This document shows positions 28,569 to 41,646 of a stretch of DNA of 64,000 bases, one piece after another. This stretch comes from Octopus sinensis (lineage: Eukaryota). The notes beneath the pieces were generated by a model. The model had not been told where the DNA came from and ran no database searches. It saw only the letters and a list, made by a program, of their open reading frames with translations. The stretch's first letter is position 1. The number at the start of each line of letters is the position of its first letter. Made by a program: the position numbers and the translations under genes. The stretch covers positions 29,574,001 to 29,638,000 of the forward strand of contig NC_043014.1 in the NCBI RefSeq assembly GCF_006345805.1, given 5' to 3'.

Positions 28569-28779
28569 TGTTTGTGTGTGTCGCTTCACAACCGATGTTG
28601 GTATGTTTACGTCCCAATAACTTAGCAATTCAGCAAAAAGTGACCAATAGAATAAGTACTAGGCTTACAACGAATAAGTCCTGGGATCGATTTGTTTGAC
28701 TAAAGGCGGTGCTCCAGCATGGCCACAGTCAAATGACTGAAACAAGTAAAAGAGTAAAAATGATATCTATAATAGTCAC

Positions 28780-28995
28780 TACCAATTTGACAAAAGCCAA
28801 CTTCCTAGATGTAACTTAGCCTTGATGATAGGCCAGTACCACCTTTACAGGAAACCAATGAGGAAATTGTGTATATCTGAAGACCCTCTAGATGTACCCT
28901 AGCTATAATTAGAAATCTAATCACAGGTATAAGTACATGAGCGATCATGGGGCAAAATAGTTATGCCAATTCCATCTTCTGTTTACTTAACTGAT

Positions 28996-29027
<32 letters not shown>

Positions 29028-29031
29028 ATAT

Positions 29032-29063
<32 letters not shown>

Positions 29064-29800
29064 CACACATACATATATATATACACATACATATATATAT
29101 ACATATATATTTATACATATATATAAGATGCCCCACCCCTGAACCTGAAGAAAACTATCTGGTTCATTCCTCCATTTAATCTAGAAGTTTCAAGCTTCTT
29201 GGTGCTACATTATTTACATTTGACAGATATTTGTCCTCATCTTAGAACTGTATTTCTTGGTGCTAATTAAAAAACACTTCCCTACAACCCTTAAGTATTA
29301 TAAACTTTTCAACACCTATAACGTCAAAGTCAGTTTCTCTCACTTAGACAACATCACTTCTAACATTGCACAGTACAACAGGTGCAAACACACAATTACA
29401 CAGTCCAATACACACTGGAAACTGCAACTTCATAAATCCTAATTGTCCACGGGGAGGCTCCTGCTTCTCAAGGACTGTGATCTGTAGAGCCACCTTCACA
29501 ACATCTGATGGCATTGCAAGACAATACACGGTCATGACAATCAATGATTTCAAGAAAGGTAAACACAGCACATGCACTTTTTCAGGTGCAGGGATAAGGA
29601 AGATTCCACCTTCCTGTTCTATTTTGTCTGAAGTCTTTGTGACCACCTGAACAGCTTTCCCAACATCAAATGGATTACCATTGACAAGGTCCCAACATAG
29701 TCATCTGGAGCTCACAATTGCCAATTCTGCCTCTGCTCCACCAACCTGCAGTATCCATCAGCAGGAAAAATGAACTATCTTATTGTTGTGACCTAAGGTA
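28780..29800 (+). pseudogene. Old degenerate Penelope-like element (RT thumb + GIY-YIG), related to the 36.7-39.7 kb element
   Basis: TNLTKANFLDVT, YRKP, RKTIWFIPPFNLEV, KHFPTTLKYYKLFNTYNVKVSFS, NCNFINPNCPRGGSC and CQFC align motif-for-motif with the young element; split by a TA tract. Confidence 0.82.
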
Positions 29801-32528
29801 TGCCCTGTTAACTTTAAACTAATGGCATCCGATAATCCAGATATACCACCTTTGGCTTACCTGGTTGATACTGAAAAGAATGACACTTAAGCCCTGCCAC
29901 CCATATAGACTACACCCATCCATACTGACAGCCCAATCTAGCACCACCAAAATTTAATCCAGTGCCCCTAATCTGGTTACTCCCATAGAAAGGTTATTGC
30001 CAATATAACTAGTGTTCCACTAACTTTCAACAACACCCTGCTCTGCCATGTGTAGCAGCAAACACAATGAATTGATGTTGATATATAAACAATATTGCAG
30101 CCTCCAAACATAGTAGTAACAGCTGCCTACCAACATCCTGTCCATCCACATGGACCTGAGATCAAAGATAAGATCTAATAATGCCTTCAAACTAATAACA
30201 CCAGGTAATCTGAGTTGATCAATAGAAGCCTAAAATCTAGAAGCCATCTTGAATTTGTCTCATTTCCCCTTACTTGATCTCTAAACACCTGACAAGCTAG
30301 GTGTGTTCTAGGAGCCTATGACACTTTAAGTTGCATGGAGCTGAGTCAAACTGCTATTAAATAATACATGTAATTCCAGCCAAATGTGTTAAGTGTCACT
30401 TACATTTGTTCAGTTACTTGTGTATATGTATGTATTTTGTGCAAGAGATTTCAATGGGGCAAACACATGAGACTGGTAGTTTAGCAAAGAATTACCAACT
30501 GGTCTTAGTGGAAGGAACCTGCAGAAGACAAGTAGATATGGTGAAGGCTGATTTCAGGAGGCTGAATTTTATGAATGAAATAATAAGAGCTTGCAATGAA
30601 TGGCATGATGCTTTGTGGGAGAAGGCCCATACAACCCATATAAAAATGAAAAACCCTGTGTAAAGTTGGTGAGCATGAGAATGATATTTGGCTTCAACAT
30701 ATTGGAAATCGCCTTCAATATGGGCACAGTTGTGGTTGTGTAGTTAAGAAGCTCAGTTCCCAACCAAGATTTCATTTCATTATGCCTTGGGCATTTTTTT
30801 TTCTACTGTAACCTCAAGTTGACTAATACCCTGCAAGTTGAATTTGTTAGATGGAAAATTTGTAGAAGCTCATCATGTAATTATATATGTGTATGTATGT
30901 ATGTATGTATATGTAATTTATTGATATATACTGGCAATAGTATTGAAAACCAATGCTTTTTGAATTAAGTTATTGCAATGTTTGTTCTGGTTACACTCTT
31001 CCATCACAAACACAATGACTGACCCATTGGAAAATTGTAATCCACATCACTGATGTTACAAAATGACTGTGTGTATGTATGTGTGTGTGATTTTGACTTG
31101 TATTGAGAGAACATTAATTAATGATGTCAGAGATGTCTCCTTTAGGAGAAGCAGTACTTTTCACATTTAGCAAAAAAAAAAATGTTTAAAAAGACACTTC
31201 TGTGATGATGGGCTTTGGTAATCAGGCTGTTATGAATAATGTGTGTATATGTTTAATGAGTGCACCATCTTGGATAGAAGCAATACTGTAGAATTGAGTA
31301 GCTTCTTGCACACTTCAGTCTGGTTCAGACAAAGAAACCCATCTTTATTTATTTTCTTGTCTAAGTGGTGTATACCACCAGAGATTGCTAAACAGAATTT
31401 GTTAAGCTTATTTAACACTGTGATTTCTCAAGTTTTCTCAACTATACTTTTATATATAAATATAGCTGTTCTCTTGCAATGTGTAGTATCTGTACTTTAG
31501 GTGCTAGTCAATGAGAGTAGATCTTTTCAAAATTCCTTTTGCTCAATGTTTTTGGATTGTTATATTTTTTATCAAAATTTTAGAAAATTTAGAGTTTAGG
31601 TTTAGATTGTAAGTTATAATGACATATTTTCACGTAATTTGAAATACTCTGATTTTATGAACAAAGACTTAGTTAATTTCAGAGATATTTAATCGTGTTG
31701 TGGGTTCTTTTGTTAATGAAAATATTACTGGACATTTATCTTATTATTGAGCATTTGACTCTTCATAATGTTTGGTGTAATGTATATCAAACTTTTACAG
31801 CCCAAAAGAGAAAAACTAATCAAAATCAGTTGTAACAAGATTGAATGCATTACTTCTTTTAGATATATGTCAAGGGTAATGTCTAATTACTGTTATAAAT
31901 TTATATATTTCATTAACATGGATCTCTCAAATATCTTTTACTTGGAGACCTGTTAAGTGGTCTGGTTTACAAAGCCAGCCTTGACATTCCTCAAGGCAAA
32001 AAGTACAACATACTAGCTCCAATTCTACAAGTTCTGAGATGTTACCAACGTTACTCATGATTCTTTTTTCAGTGACTTTTCCTTTTGAAACTGTATCTTC
32101 TTAATACCATCATAACCACATTGATCAGACGTTTTTAGCAATTACTTCCAAAAATGGGATGATCCTCTTTTTTTAAATTTTTTTATTGAAGTGATTGCCC
32201 CTTTTTGTCTTGATTACTCTTTACACTTAACTCATATTTCATCTATTCTTTGTCTCAACTGTTCCACTTCTCTATCAAATCTGTAGTTATCTTCACAGGT
32301 CCCATATTAAAGCTTTGTACAAACATTTTCTTTCTGCATCTTTTCTCAAACTGCACTTGTTCCACTTTTCCAACTGCAGACCTTAAGTGAACCCTTTTTC
32401 CCACTCAGAATAATAAATAGTCAAAAAATACTTTTAAAACATCATCAAGCTTAAGATTTACAAGCTCAACTTGCAGCATTGTTATTCCTATTTTCTAACA
32501 AATTAACTTGTTTTTCTTTCTTTTTTAG

Positions 32529-32543
32529 GTGATTGGTAGCCAG
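32529..32543 (+). CDS. Candidate 15-nt microexon (VIGSQ)
   Basis: Strong acceptor ttttctttcttttttag and donor CAG|gtattc; only phase 0 is open. An alternative donor at 32613|gtaagt would give an 85-nt exon with MLQKLFVYFF. Confidence 0.5.
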
Positions 32544-35500
32544 GTATTCATGTTAGACAGACTGGATTATACCTGGCCTTAAAATGTTGCAAAAACTATT
32601 TGTTTATTTTTTTGTAAGTAATATTTCCAAACATTTCAGTTTCTCTCTGTGTACATGTGTGTGTGTCTATTTGAATCAGTAATTGCTACAATCATTTTTG
32701 TCAAATCTGTGTCTGTAATAACTTCTAGTTCACAATTTCCCTTCCTTCTCAATCTCTCCTGTCTGTTTGTATGTATGCATGCATGCATACAGACATGTTC
32801 TCAACATAGCAGCAGCATTCTTTCACTTAACCTCTTATGCATTTCCCTCCTCCTTCCTTCTCTTGCTCTGTATATATGTATGTGTTTGTGTATGTATGTA
32901 CACATGTATACATATCTCTCAACATGCTCTTTAAATGCATTAAGATATCACTTTTGAAAATTACAAAGAAAAATTCTTTTGACAGAAGTAAATTTATTAC
33001 AAAATGGAAAGAAAAATGAATCTCTATTCTTTAAATTTCTCTTGAGAAAACTTACAAATTGTAAAATTTTCAATTATCATCTATCACTGTTTTTACTTGA
33101 ATCTCTCACCCTACTAATGTGTTCACACATGGTCAGTTGTATATTGTTCTGAGTAGAGTTCAGGATCTATCAAAAATTTTTGTTGGTCAAAGTCAATTTA
33201 CTATACCAAGAGGCTCTTACAGGCATCCTTCCCAATTATAAAAACTTGTTAAATTCACTAAAAATGTTGTATACACACATCGACAGTCAAAAATTTCTGC
33301 CTGTGGTTTGTTGTATATAATGTTGTATGTATAATAATGAAAACAGTAAAACACTAATATGTATCTTGATCTGTTAAATGTTTCTTATATTGTTTTATGT
33401 AATTCTTTCTCGAACATATATTTCAATGAAACAAAGTATTACTTATTCTGGGTATAAAATAATAGGTCATTGAGTTATGATATAAGGTTTATCTTCAAAA
33501 GAACTGGAAAAATTTCAGTTGTTGGAATGTAGTTGTCTTCAAAATAATGCAAATTACTTAAAATAGTTTAGATTTAATGCAGAGAAGGATTATTTTAATT
33601 TCTTAGAAGCATTTTTCATGGCATTTGCTAACAAAATAATAATCAAAACTGAAGCTCCCACCCTACCCTCAAGACTTAGTTAAGGATTTAAATGAACCTT
33701 CTGAGAAACTGCTTCAAATTTAAGTAATGCTTTTTTGAAATATTTGATTTTGTGGATTGGGATAGCTGATGTTATATGTAAAATACAGAGGTGAGACATA
33801 AAGAACTTGAAATGTGCGTAATATTCATGGTTTACTAGGACTTTCAGATTAAAGATATTTTATGATTCATGATTAGTTTTATTAAATCACGAAAGAGTGT
33901 GGCTTACTGTCTAGAAAATATTGGTCAACTTATTTATCTTTTGCTTGCTAATTATCTTTTGAATATTTTTTCTTTATTTTTAATTTTTTATATTCTACTT
34001 TGGGCTGTAAATATTAAACTATTTGATGTTCTGTGTGAATGTTAAGTTTTATGTAATTTTGAGCTTCATCTGATTATTCTGTGAGAAGTTTTAGCTGTGT
34101 TATTCATAGTGAAAATGTTTAGTTATGTTGCTTTTCCTGGTGTTGTTTTGAATGTTTTCTTTTTATTCTATATTATCTAAATCAACACATTGCAATTAAC
34201 AAATCTGATTCTCTAGTAATTGGATATATCCTGAATTCCTTGAAAAAAAAAAAAACGCTTATAAGAAAAATTTAATTTTCAATTTGTTAATGAAAGCCTG
34301 TGAGTCTAGGATGATTTCTGTTAGAGCTGCAGTTGTAATTAATACTTTTTCACTATTTCTTGGTATTTGAGGATAAGAAGTCTGTCTTGCAATAAAATGT
34401 AGTCATAACCATAACTATGGAAAGATGGAAATGCTTTCCTTTATTAGAAATGATATTCAAACACTTGGCAATTCAGTAATGAAAATTTGACACATGTTTA
34501 ATTAACTGCTTGATGTAGACTGGAAACAATATTATTTATAGTCATATATACTTGTAGAAAGATGAAACAATTAAGGAATCAAATAGAATCTTAATTTTAT
34601 AACTTTGTTCAAAATTGTTTTCTGTTGTATTTTAAGATTATTCTTAATATCTATTTTGTTACAAACAATGGAATTTGTGAAGAAATGTAAGCATAATGAA
34701 TGATTTTATAGTAACATAAGAAGAGAATAATTGTCATATGAATGAAACCGCTTGGTTGTAGTTAACTGGAAATTGGTACTGACAGAACTTAATAAATTTG
34801 GATAAAAATTACTCCCAACTTGATTTGTAGACTCCATTTTAATTGCAGTGATTCATGGAAAATAAAATGGTTATTTATTTATTCCAGTAAAAATACCTTT
34901 CTGTATATTTTTGTTTTCTTATCAAAATTTTTTAGGTCATAAATTATTCAACAAGTTTATAGGTTTCAATGTATCAGCAGAAATAGTACAAAACAAAACA
35001 GATGTTGTCATGTTTAAGCTTAAATCTGGGCAATATTTCTTGTAACCACCCTAGTGGAAATACCTGTTTAAAAGTAATTGACAATAGAAGGAAGCTTTTC
35101 ATGTTTACATCTTTGATGTTAGTACAAGGGAGTTGATAGGGTGAATAAAGATATTCATCATGATAAAGCAACTATGTCACAGTTACTGTACATTAATTAT
35201 TAAAAATTCAGTGCCTAGCTTAGATATCCATGGAAGGGTTATAATATGCTCTCTGCTTTGATGTTTTCCAAATAGAATTCATGATAGAGGGTATCCACAA
35301 ATCACTTTCACTGACTTGACACCATTCTGAATTTTATTTATTTTCTTGGCATTCCTTTCTTTTAGATTTCACATTATCCAAATAATTCACAAGTTTTAAT
35401 AGTTCATGTTTTTCTTTGTTAGATTAAGATTTTTATCAGTTTATTCTCTGCTAGTCATTATTGTGAGTAAACTAATGAAATTTCCAATAAAACACAAATG

Positions 35501-36283
35501 AAACTATTCTTGATTTAAAGATTAGAATAAATCAATTGCAAATTTCAGAATTTTTATCAACATAATTCAATTGAATTCATAAGTGAGGTTAAGTAAAGGA
35601 TTGGATAGTTTTCTCTTTCCGTTTCAAAGGATTATTTAAGGTCAAAAATGTTCCTGTTTGTACTATGTGCATTTATTTTTTGTTTTATTGAGTGAATTAG
35701 ATGTTATCTTCCTGTGGATGTTATCTTCCTTTGATTTTCAAGCATCATGTAGTGAGTTAGAGTTCAGTAATATTATTTGTTATTATTCATTAATGATTTA
35801 AGGCAGTGAACTGGCAGAATCATTAGCATGTGGACAAAAAGTTAGTGGCATTTCGTCCGTCTTTATGTTTTGAGTTCAAATTCCACCAAAGTCAACTTTG
35901 CTTTACATCCTTTTAAGGTTGATAAAATAAGTACCAGTAGAATACTGGAGTTGATGAATACTGGAGGAGCTAAGTTGATACTTAGCTCCTGCTCCAAAAT
36001 CACTGGCCTTGTACCAAAATTTGAAGTCATTATCTATTAATGATTTAATTATAGAAAGAATGTTTGGATTTAGAGAAAATAACCAGAGGTATTTCAGTGT
36101 CATATGTACACACCAGTAATCCTAGTGATATTTGGATTTATTAATTCTGAGCAAAAGTGGATCACCCAGCTAATATTGCATTAATACTTTTGCTGGTGAT
36201 AGTGACCCACAAAACAATGAACTTGGAAGCAAAGTGTGTTGAGTATTTTCAACGTTTTCCTGAAGAAAGTTTTTTTTTATCAG

Positions 36284-36300
36284 GATGAGGAGACCATAAG
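36284..36300 (+). CDS. Candidate 17-nt microexon (DEETI-R/S)
   Basis: Acceptor tttttttttatcag, donor AAG|gtatgt; only phase 0 is open. Confidence 0.55.
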
Positions 36301-36602
36301 GTATGTTTGTCAACAAAGCAATGCCACCTTTGTTACATCAATGGAGGAGATTAAGGTATGTCTCTGAGTGGTTTTTATGAAGCTATTTGTACAGCTTCCA
36401 AGTTAAACAAATGGAATGTAAATTCATCTCTGAGATAGGCGTAGGAGTGGCTGTGTGGTAAGTAGCTTGCTTACGAACCACATGGTTCTGGGTTCAGTCC
36501 CACTACGTGGCACCTTGGGCAAGTGTCTTCTGCTATAGCCTCAGGCCGACCAAAGCCTTGTGAGTGGATTTAGTAGACAGAAACTGAAAGCAGCCCATCG
36601 TA

Positions 36603-36655
<53 letters not shown>

Positions 36656-36684
36656 ATACAATATGTTACATTACTCGGTAGTCA

Positions 36685-36747
36685 AGATAAAACTCTGAGT
36701 TTCAGATGCCGAAGTGGAAATCCACAACACCATCTCTTCGGTTATCT
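36685..36747 (-). ncRNA. Hammerhead-like motif (CCGAAGA core), left arm copy
   Basis: Exact reverse complement of 39623-39685. Confidence 0.6.
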
Positions 36748-36929
36748 GGCTATTTGAAAACGTTATGAAAAAATACCGTTAAAAATTAAGGGAAATTACT
36801 CTGTTATAACTCTGCTTTGCCTGCGTACTTATACATCGCTCGCATTTTTCGTCATAAAAATTATAAAAATACATAAAAATATATAAAAATATATAAAATC
36901 TTCTTGGGACATAAGACAGAAAGCATGTT

Positions 36930-38331
36930 CTATCCGTTTTTTTTAGGGGACCAAAAACGTAACAGAAATTTAGTCACATGTGGGCATGATCCGAAAAGCT
37001 CTGTCCTTGTATTTAGACATGTGGTAGGGTCTAAGCTGCTTTTCCAGATAAGCCATCTCTCCATGTCGCATAAACCGCACCTTCCGCTGCCGTTAGTGTA
37101 GGGCTTACATCTGGCCAAAATCTTCCATTGTATGTTATAATCGACACCTTTATCTCTTAAAGACCAAATATGATTGGATAATTGTGTCGCTTTTCTTTTG
37201 TTCCAGTGCCTAAAGCTCAAAGTGTGGTTATTGAACCTGGCCTTGAAATTACCCTCTGTCAGGCCCACGTATTTCTTCGTCGAAACGGGTCTTTAGTGGT
37301 TATAGAGTTTACGGTAGCTTCATATATGATGGTCTTGGACATGCAAGCTCCATTTAGCGGGCACAATTCTTTATTCCTGCATGAACAGCTGTTTTCTTCT
37401 TGTGTTTTTTGTATGTTATGATTGATTATGTTTTTAAAATTGGTAGTTGAACTAAAACTAATTTTTAAATTGTGTCTATTGAAGAGTTTCCTATAAGCAT
37501 GGTTAACTGGAAAATGTCTATCTATCAGTGCTAGGAATATTTACCTATATTGAAGGCCACCTCGGGTGAGTAAGGGGGCGTAAACAGATGACCTTCCTAT
37601 TTCTATTATTCCTTTTCCTTACTGTTGGGCTGGTGATAGTGTGTATATTTTTTTTTTTCGCTAAAACCACTATCTTTTAAAGCTTTATTATAAACTGGGG
37701 CAACGCTATTGAAGATGTCCTCATTAGATGAGAGGCTAGAAATCCTCTTACTAATATTTTTAACTAAATTTTTGAATACTATAGGGGGATGGCATGAACC
37801 TACATTAATATAACTTAGTCTATCATTGGGCTTCCTATAAGGCTTATAAATATTATTATTAAGATCTAAGGAAACGTCTAAGAAATTGACAACTGTCAGG
37901 TTAGTGTCTATAGTTATACTAAGTCCGAAGTGTTTCATTAACTGGATAATATCCTTCCTAAAACGATCTTGTGCTGGTCCATTTGTATTAGCTGTTAAGG
38001 CGAGGGCATCATCTTTGTAGATGGCGAAATATACGTTAGGGAATGTCTTACCGAAGGTATCTAGGAGAAAGAGTCCAATTAGATCACAGATGCCTGCCCC
38101 ATCATATGAACCCATGCTCACATCGAAAGCGCCCTCCGTGTCGGTGTTTTTTACCCACTTTGCATTTTCACTGAAAAGTAATGTCTTTCTAGCATGGAAG
38201 ATTATATCCTTATCATTGGTACTAATTTCTATGAAGTCACTAGCGAAGATTAGGGCTTTATCTAGCAGTTCTTTAGAGATAGAGGCATAAAAATCAACAA
38301 TATCGAATTGTGTAAACCTCGCTTTTTTCGG
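36930..38331 (-). pseudogene. 5'-truncated PLE RT-endonuclease ORF, left copy (frameshifted)
   Basis: ORF-track entries 37606..38361 (RT) and 36930..37268 (GIY-YIG C-terminus). Confidence 0.92.
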
Positions 38332-39448
38332 TAAGACATTCCCTAACGTACATTTCGCCATCTACAAAGATGATGCCCTCGCCTTAACAGCTAATACAAA
38401 TGGACCAGCACAAGATCGTTTTAGGAAGGATATTATCCAGTTAATGAAACACTTCGGACTTAGTATAACTATAGACACTAACCTGACGGTTGTCAATTTC
38501 TTAGACGTTTCCTTAGATCTTAATAATAATATTTATAAGCCTTATAGGAAGCCCAATGATAGACTAAGTTATATTAATGTAGGTTCATGCCATCCCCCTA
38601 TAGTATTCAAAAATTAGTTAAAAATATTAGTAAGAGGATTTCTAGCCTCTCATCTAATGAGGACATCTTCAATAGCGTTGCCCCAGTTTATAATAAAGCT
38701 TTAAAAGATAGTGGTTTTAGCGAAAAAATAAAATATACACCTATCACCAGCCCAACAGTAAGGAAAAGGAATAATAGAAATAGGAAGGTCATCTGGTTTA
38801 CGCCCCCTTACTCACCCGAGGTGGCCTTCAATATAGGTAAATATTTCCTAGCACTGATAGATAGACATTTTCCAGTTAACCATGCTTATAGGAAACTCTT
38901 CAATAGACACAATTTAAAAATTAGTTTTAGTTCAACTACCAATTTTAAAAACATAATCAATCATAACATACAAAAAACACAAGAAGAAAACAGCTGTTCA
39001 TGCAGGAATAAAGAATTGTGCCCGCTAAATGGAACTTGCATGTCCAAGACCATCATATTGAAGCTACCGTAAACTCTATAACCACTAAAGACACCGTTTC
39101 GACGAAGAAATACGTGGGCCTGACAGAGGGTAATTTCAAGGCCAGGTTCAATAACCACACTTTGCTTTAGGCACTGGAACAAAAGAAAAGCGACACAATT
39201 ATCCAATCATATTTGGTCTTTAAGAGATAAAGGTGTCGATTATAACATACAATGGAAGATTTTGGCCAGATGTAAGCCCTACACTAACGGCAGCGGAAGG
39301 TGCGGTTTGCGACATGGAGAGATGGCTTATCTGGAAAAGCAGCTTAGACCCTACCACATGTCTAAATACAAGGACAGAGCTTTTCGGATCATGCCCACAT
39401 GTGACTAAATTTCTGTTACGTTTTTGGTCCCCTAAAGAAAATGGATAG
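38327..39448 (+). pseudogene. PLE RT C-terminal half and endonuclease, right copy (frameshifted at different sites)
   Basis: FGKTFPNVHFAIYKDD from 38327; ORF 38587..39072; ends KFLLRFWSPKENG. Confidence 0.92.
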
Positions 39449-39622
39449 AACATGCTTTCTGTCTTATGTCCCAAGAAGATTTTATATATTTTTATGTATT
39501 TTTATATAATTTTTATGACGAAAAATGCGAGTGATGTATAAGTACGCAGGCAAAGCAGAGTTATAACAGAGTAATTTCCCTTAATTTTTAACGGTATTTT
39601 TTCATAACGTTTTCAAATAGCC

Positions 39623-39685
39623 AGATAACCGAAGAGATGGTGTTGTGGATTTCCACTTCGGCATCTGAAACTCAGAGTTTTATCT
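39623..39685 (+). ncRNA. Hammerhead-like motif (CCGAAGA core) in the PLE 3' UTR
   Basis: Stem I AGATAA/TTATCT; CCGAAGA; stem II GATG...GTGG-attt-CCAC...CATC; T-GAAAC; stem III TC-a-GA; triplet GTT. Confidence 0.6.
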
Positions 39686-41646
39686 TGACTACCGAGTAAT
39701 GTAACATATTGTATAGATAAATTTCCTCTATTTACATAATATTGAGGTCTCTTTCTTTCTTTTGTTATCTTACCGTTTTATCAATATATATATATATATA
39801 TATATTTGTGTCTGTGTTTGTTCCCCCAACATCGCTTGACACCCGATGCTGGTGTGTTTACATCCCCATAACTTAGCAGTTTGGCAAAAGAGATCGATAG
39901 AATAAGTACTAGGCTTACAAAGAATAAGTCCTGGGGTTGATTTGCTTGACTAAAGGCGGTGCTCCAGCATGGCTACAGTCAAATGACTGAAACAAGTAAA
40001 AGAGTAAAAGAGACATGAAATTCATACCTAGGAATCGATATCTCAGATATATGTAGAAACATGTACATGTAATCAACTTAGCTATATTAAACCTATTTGG
40101 ACAGGTAAAAATCAACAACAAACATTTACAATGTACACCAGTAATCAATATATTTTGTGAGGAAGTTTAATCCAGATGTATGTCATAGATAAATTCTTTC
40201 ACTTTTTACACTGATCTAATGGCATTTCATTAAAATCTCTAGTTTCTAACAGGATTGGGAGTAGAGAAAATATTATACACATTTAAGAGTTAACATATTA
40301 CCAAAATTCTTCTGAGAGCTTATATACAGAAGAGGATCAAAAGTTTCTAATTTGTATCTTACTAACACTCAGGTTATACTGATAAATTTAGAGTCCACTT
40401 TTTTCAGAATTGATCCACTTGAATATTAAGTAAACAAAATATGTTTCAACTAGCAGGACCCATTAATATTTCACAGAATTAATGGTAAACGTATTGGGTT
40501 ATTTCTGAAAACTATCCAAAAAACCTGAGGGTGTAGCCTGTGTTGTGTCTGTATGGAAAGGTAGTCGCTCATCTGCTACTCATTGAAAAGTGAATGAAAT
40601 TGAAATACGATGATTACTTAATGCACTTTATATATATACTTTATATAATTTATGCACAATTTTATAGACTTAATACACAGCACTCATAAAATAAATATTT
40701 ACTCTTATTTTTCCATTTTCCCCATAAACAAATATAAAAAATATCATGTGCATATGATGCAACCTTTAGTTAAATTACATATATATGCCACATAAATAAG
40801 CATGAATATTTCACAGAATTGCACTTATGCACATGCGTTAAGTGATTGGTGATATAAAAAAACTTAGTTCTTAAAAAATAACTACTTTTCACTATCCAGC
40901 CACCTCCATCTCCACCACCATCATCTCTTTCCTTCCTCTTCTCCCCCTCTCCTCTCCCTCTGTCTCTTTCTCCTCTCTCTTTCTCTCTCTCTTTCTTTCT
41001 TTCTTTAACCTCACCATCAGAACGTCATCACTCTGCTAAAATTATATTTTTAACTCTCTTCCTGTACCTTCAACTAACATTTTTGACCATGTAATAAATA
41101 TTATGTTCTCCCTACCTCACATCATGGTTGCTTCTCTCCCTCTTTTTCTTTCTCTTTTTGTCTCTCCTTCTTCTTTCTCCTCTCTTTCCCTTCAGATAAA
41201 CACACAAAAGCATTACAATTACATTCCCTCTATCTCATGTCATGGATGCTTCTTTCTCCCTCTCTCTTTTTCTTTTTCCCTCTTTTCTTTTTCCCTCTTT
41301 TTCTTTAGTCATGTGAAAGTGTTACTGATGGGCTAAGTAATGCAATGACAAGCAGAATTATTATAAGATTGTTTCTTAAAACACATGCACACACACACAA
41401 ACACATTCTTAAAACCATTTTTCTTCTGAAAAGATGTATCAGTAAGTCACTAGGGTGATTAGGAGCATCACAATTAGCTTAAAATATATCAAGCTATTCA
41501 CTGATTATGGTAGGTCCCAAATCTTTGATCAGTTCACTGATCCCACCTCCACAGCTATATAGTCATTAGATAGATATTGTATTGATGCCACCTCTTTCTC
41601 TCTCTTGATATATATATATATGTGTGTGTGTGTGTATATATATATA

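Larger units (their letters stand above)
36651..39783. mobile_element. Young palindromic Penelope-like retroelement (GIY-YIG class): arms 36651-38055 (-) and 38327-39719 (+), 271-bp spacer, 64-nt unpaired tail
   Basis: Arms are near-identical reverse complements; RT motifs FDIVDFY, VSMGSYDGA and YKDD; Cys linker CSCRNKELCPLNG; GIY-YIG-type IIYEATV...KKYVGLTEGNFKARFNNH; C-terminal CGLC...CPH. Confidence 0.95.
36438..40012 (+). mobile_element. Family A SINE split by the PLE insertion (5' half 36438-36600, 3' half about 39806-40012)
   Basis: Both halves are in the same orientation and flank the PLE at the SINE's internal TA tract. Confidence 0.88.

Noticed and set aside
35953-35985. Perfect 10-bp hairpin aggagctaag/cttagctcct inside a family B SINE
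   Set aside because: Single small local inversion with no sign of function
40477-40600. Possible exon or snoRNA-like structured segment
   Set aside because: All three frames stop unless another indel is assumed; the donor is weak, the stems are short, and there are no clear C/D or H/ACA boxes
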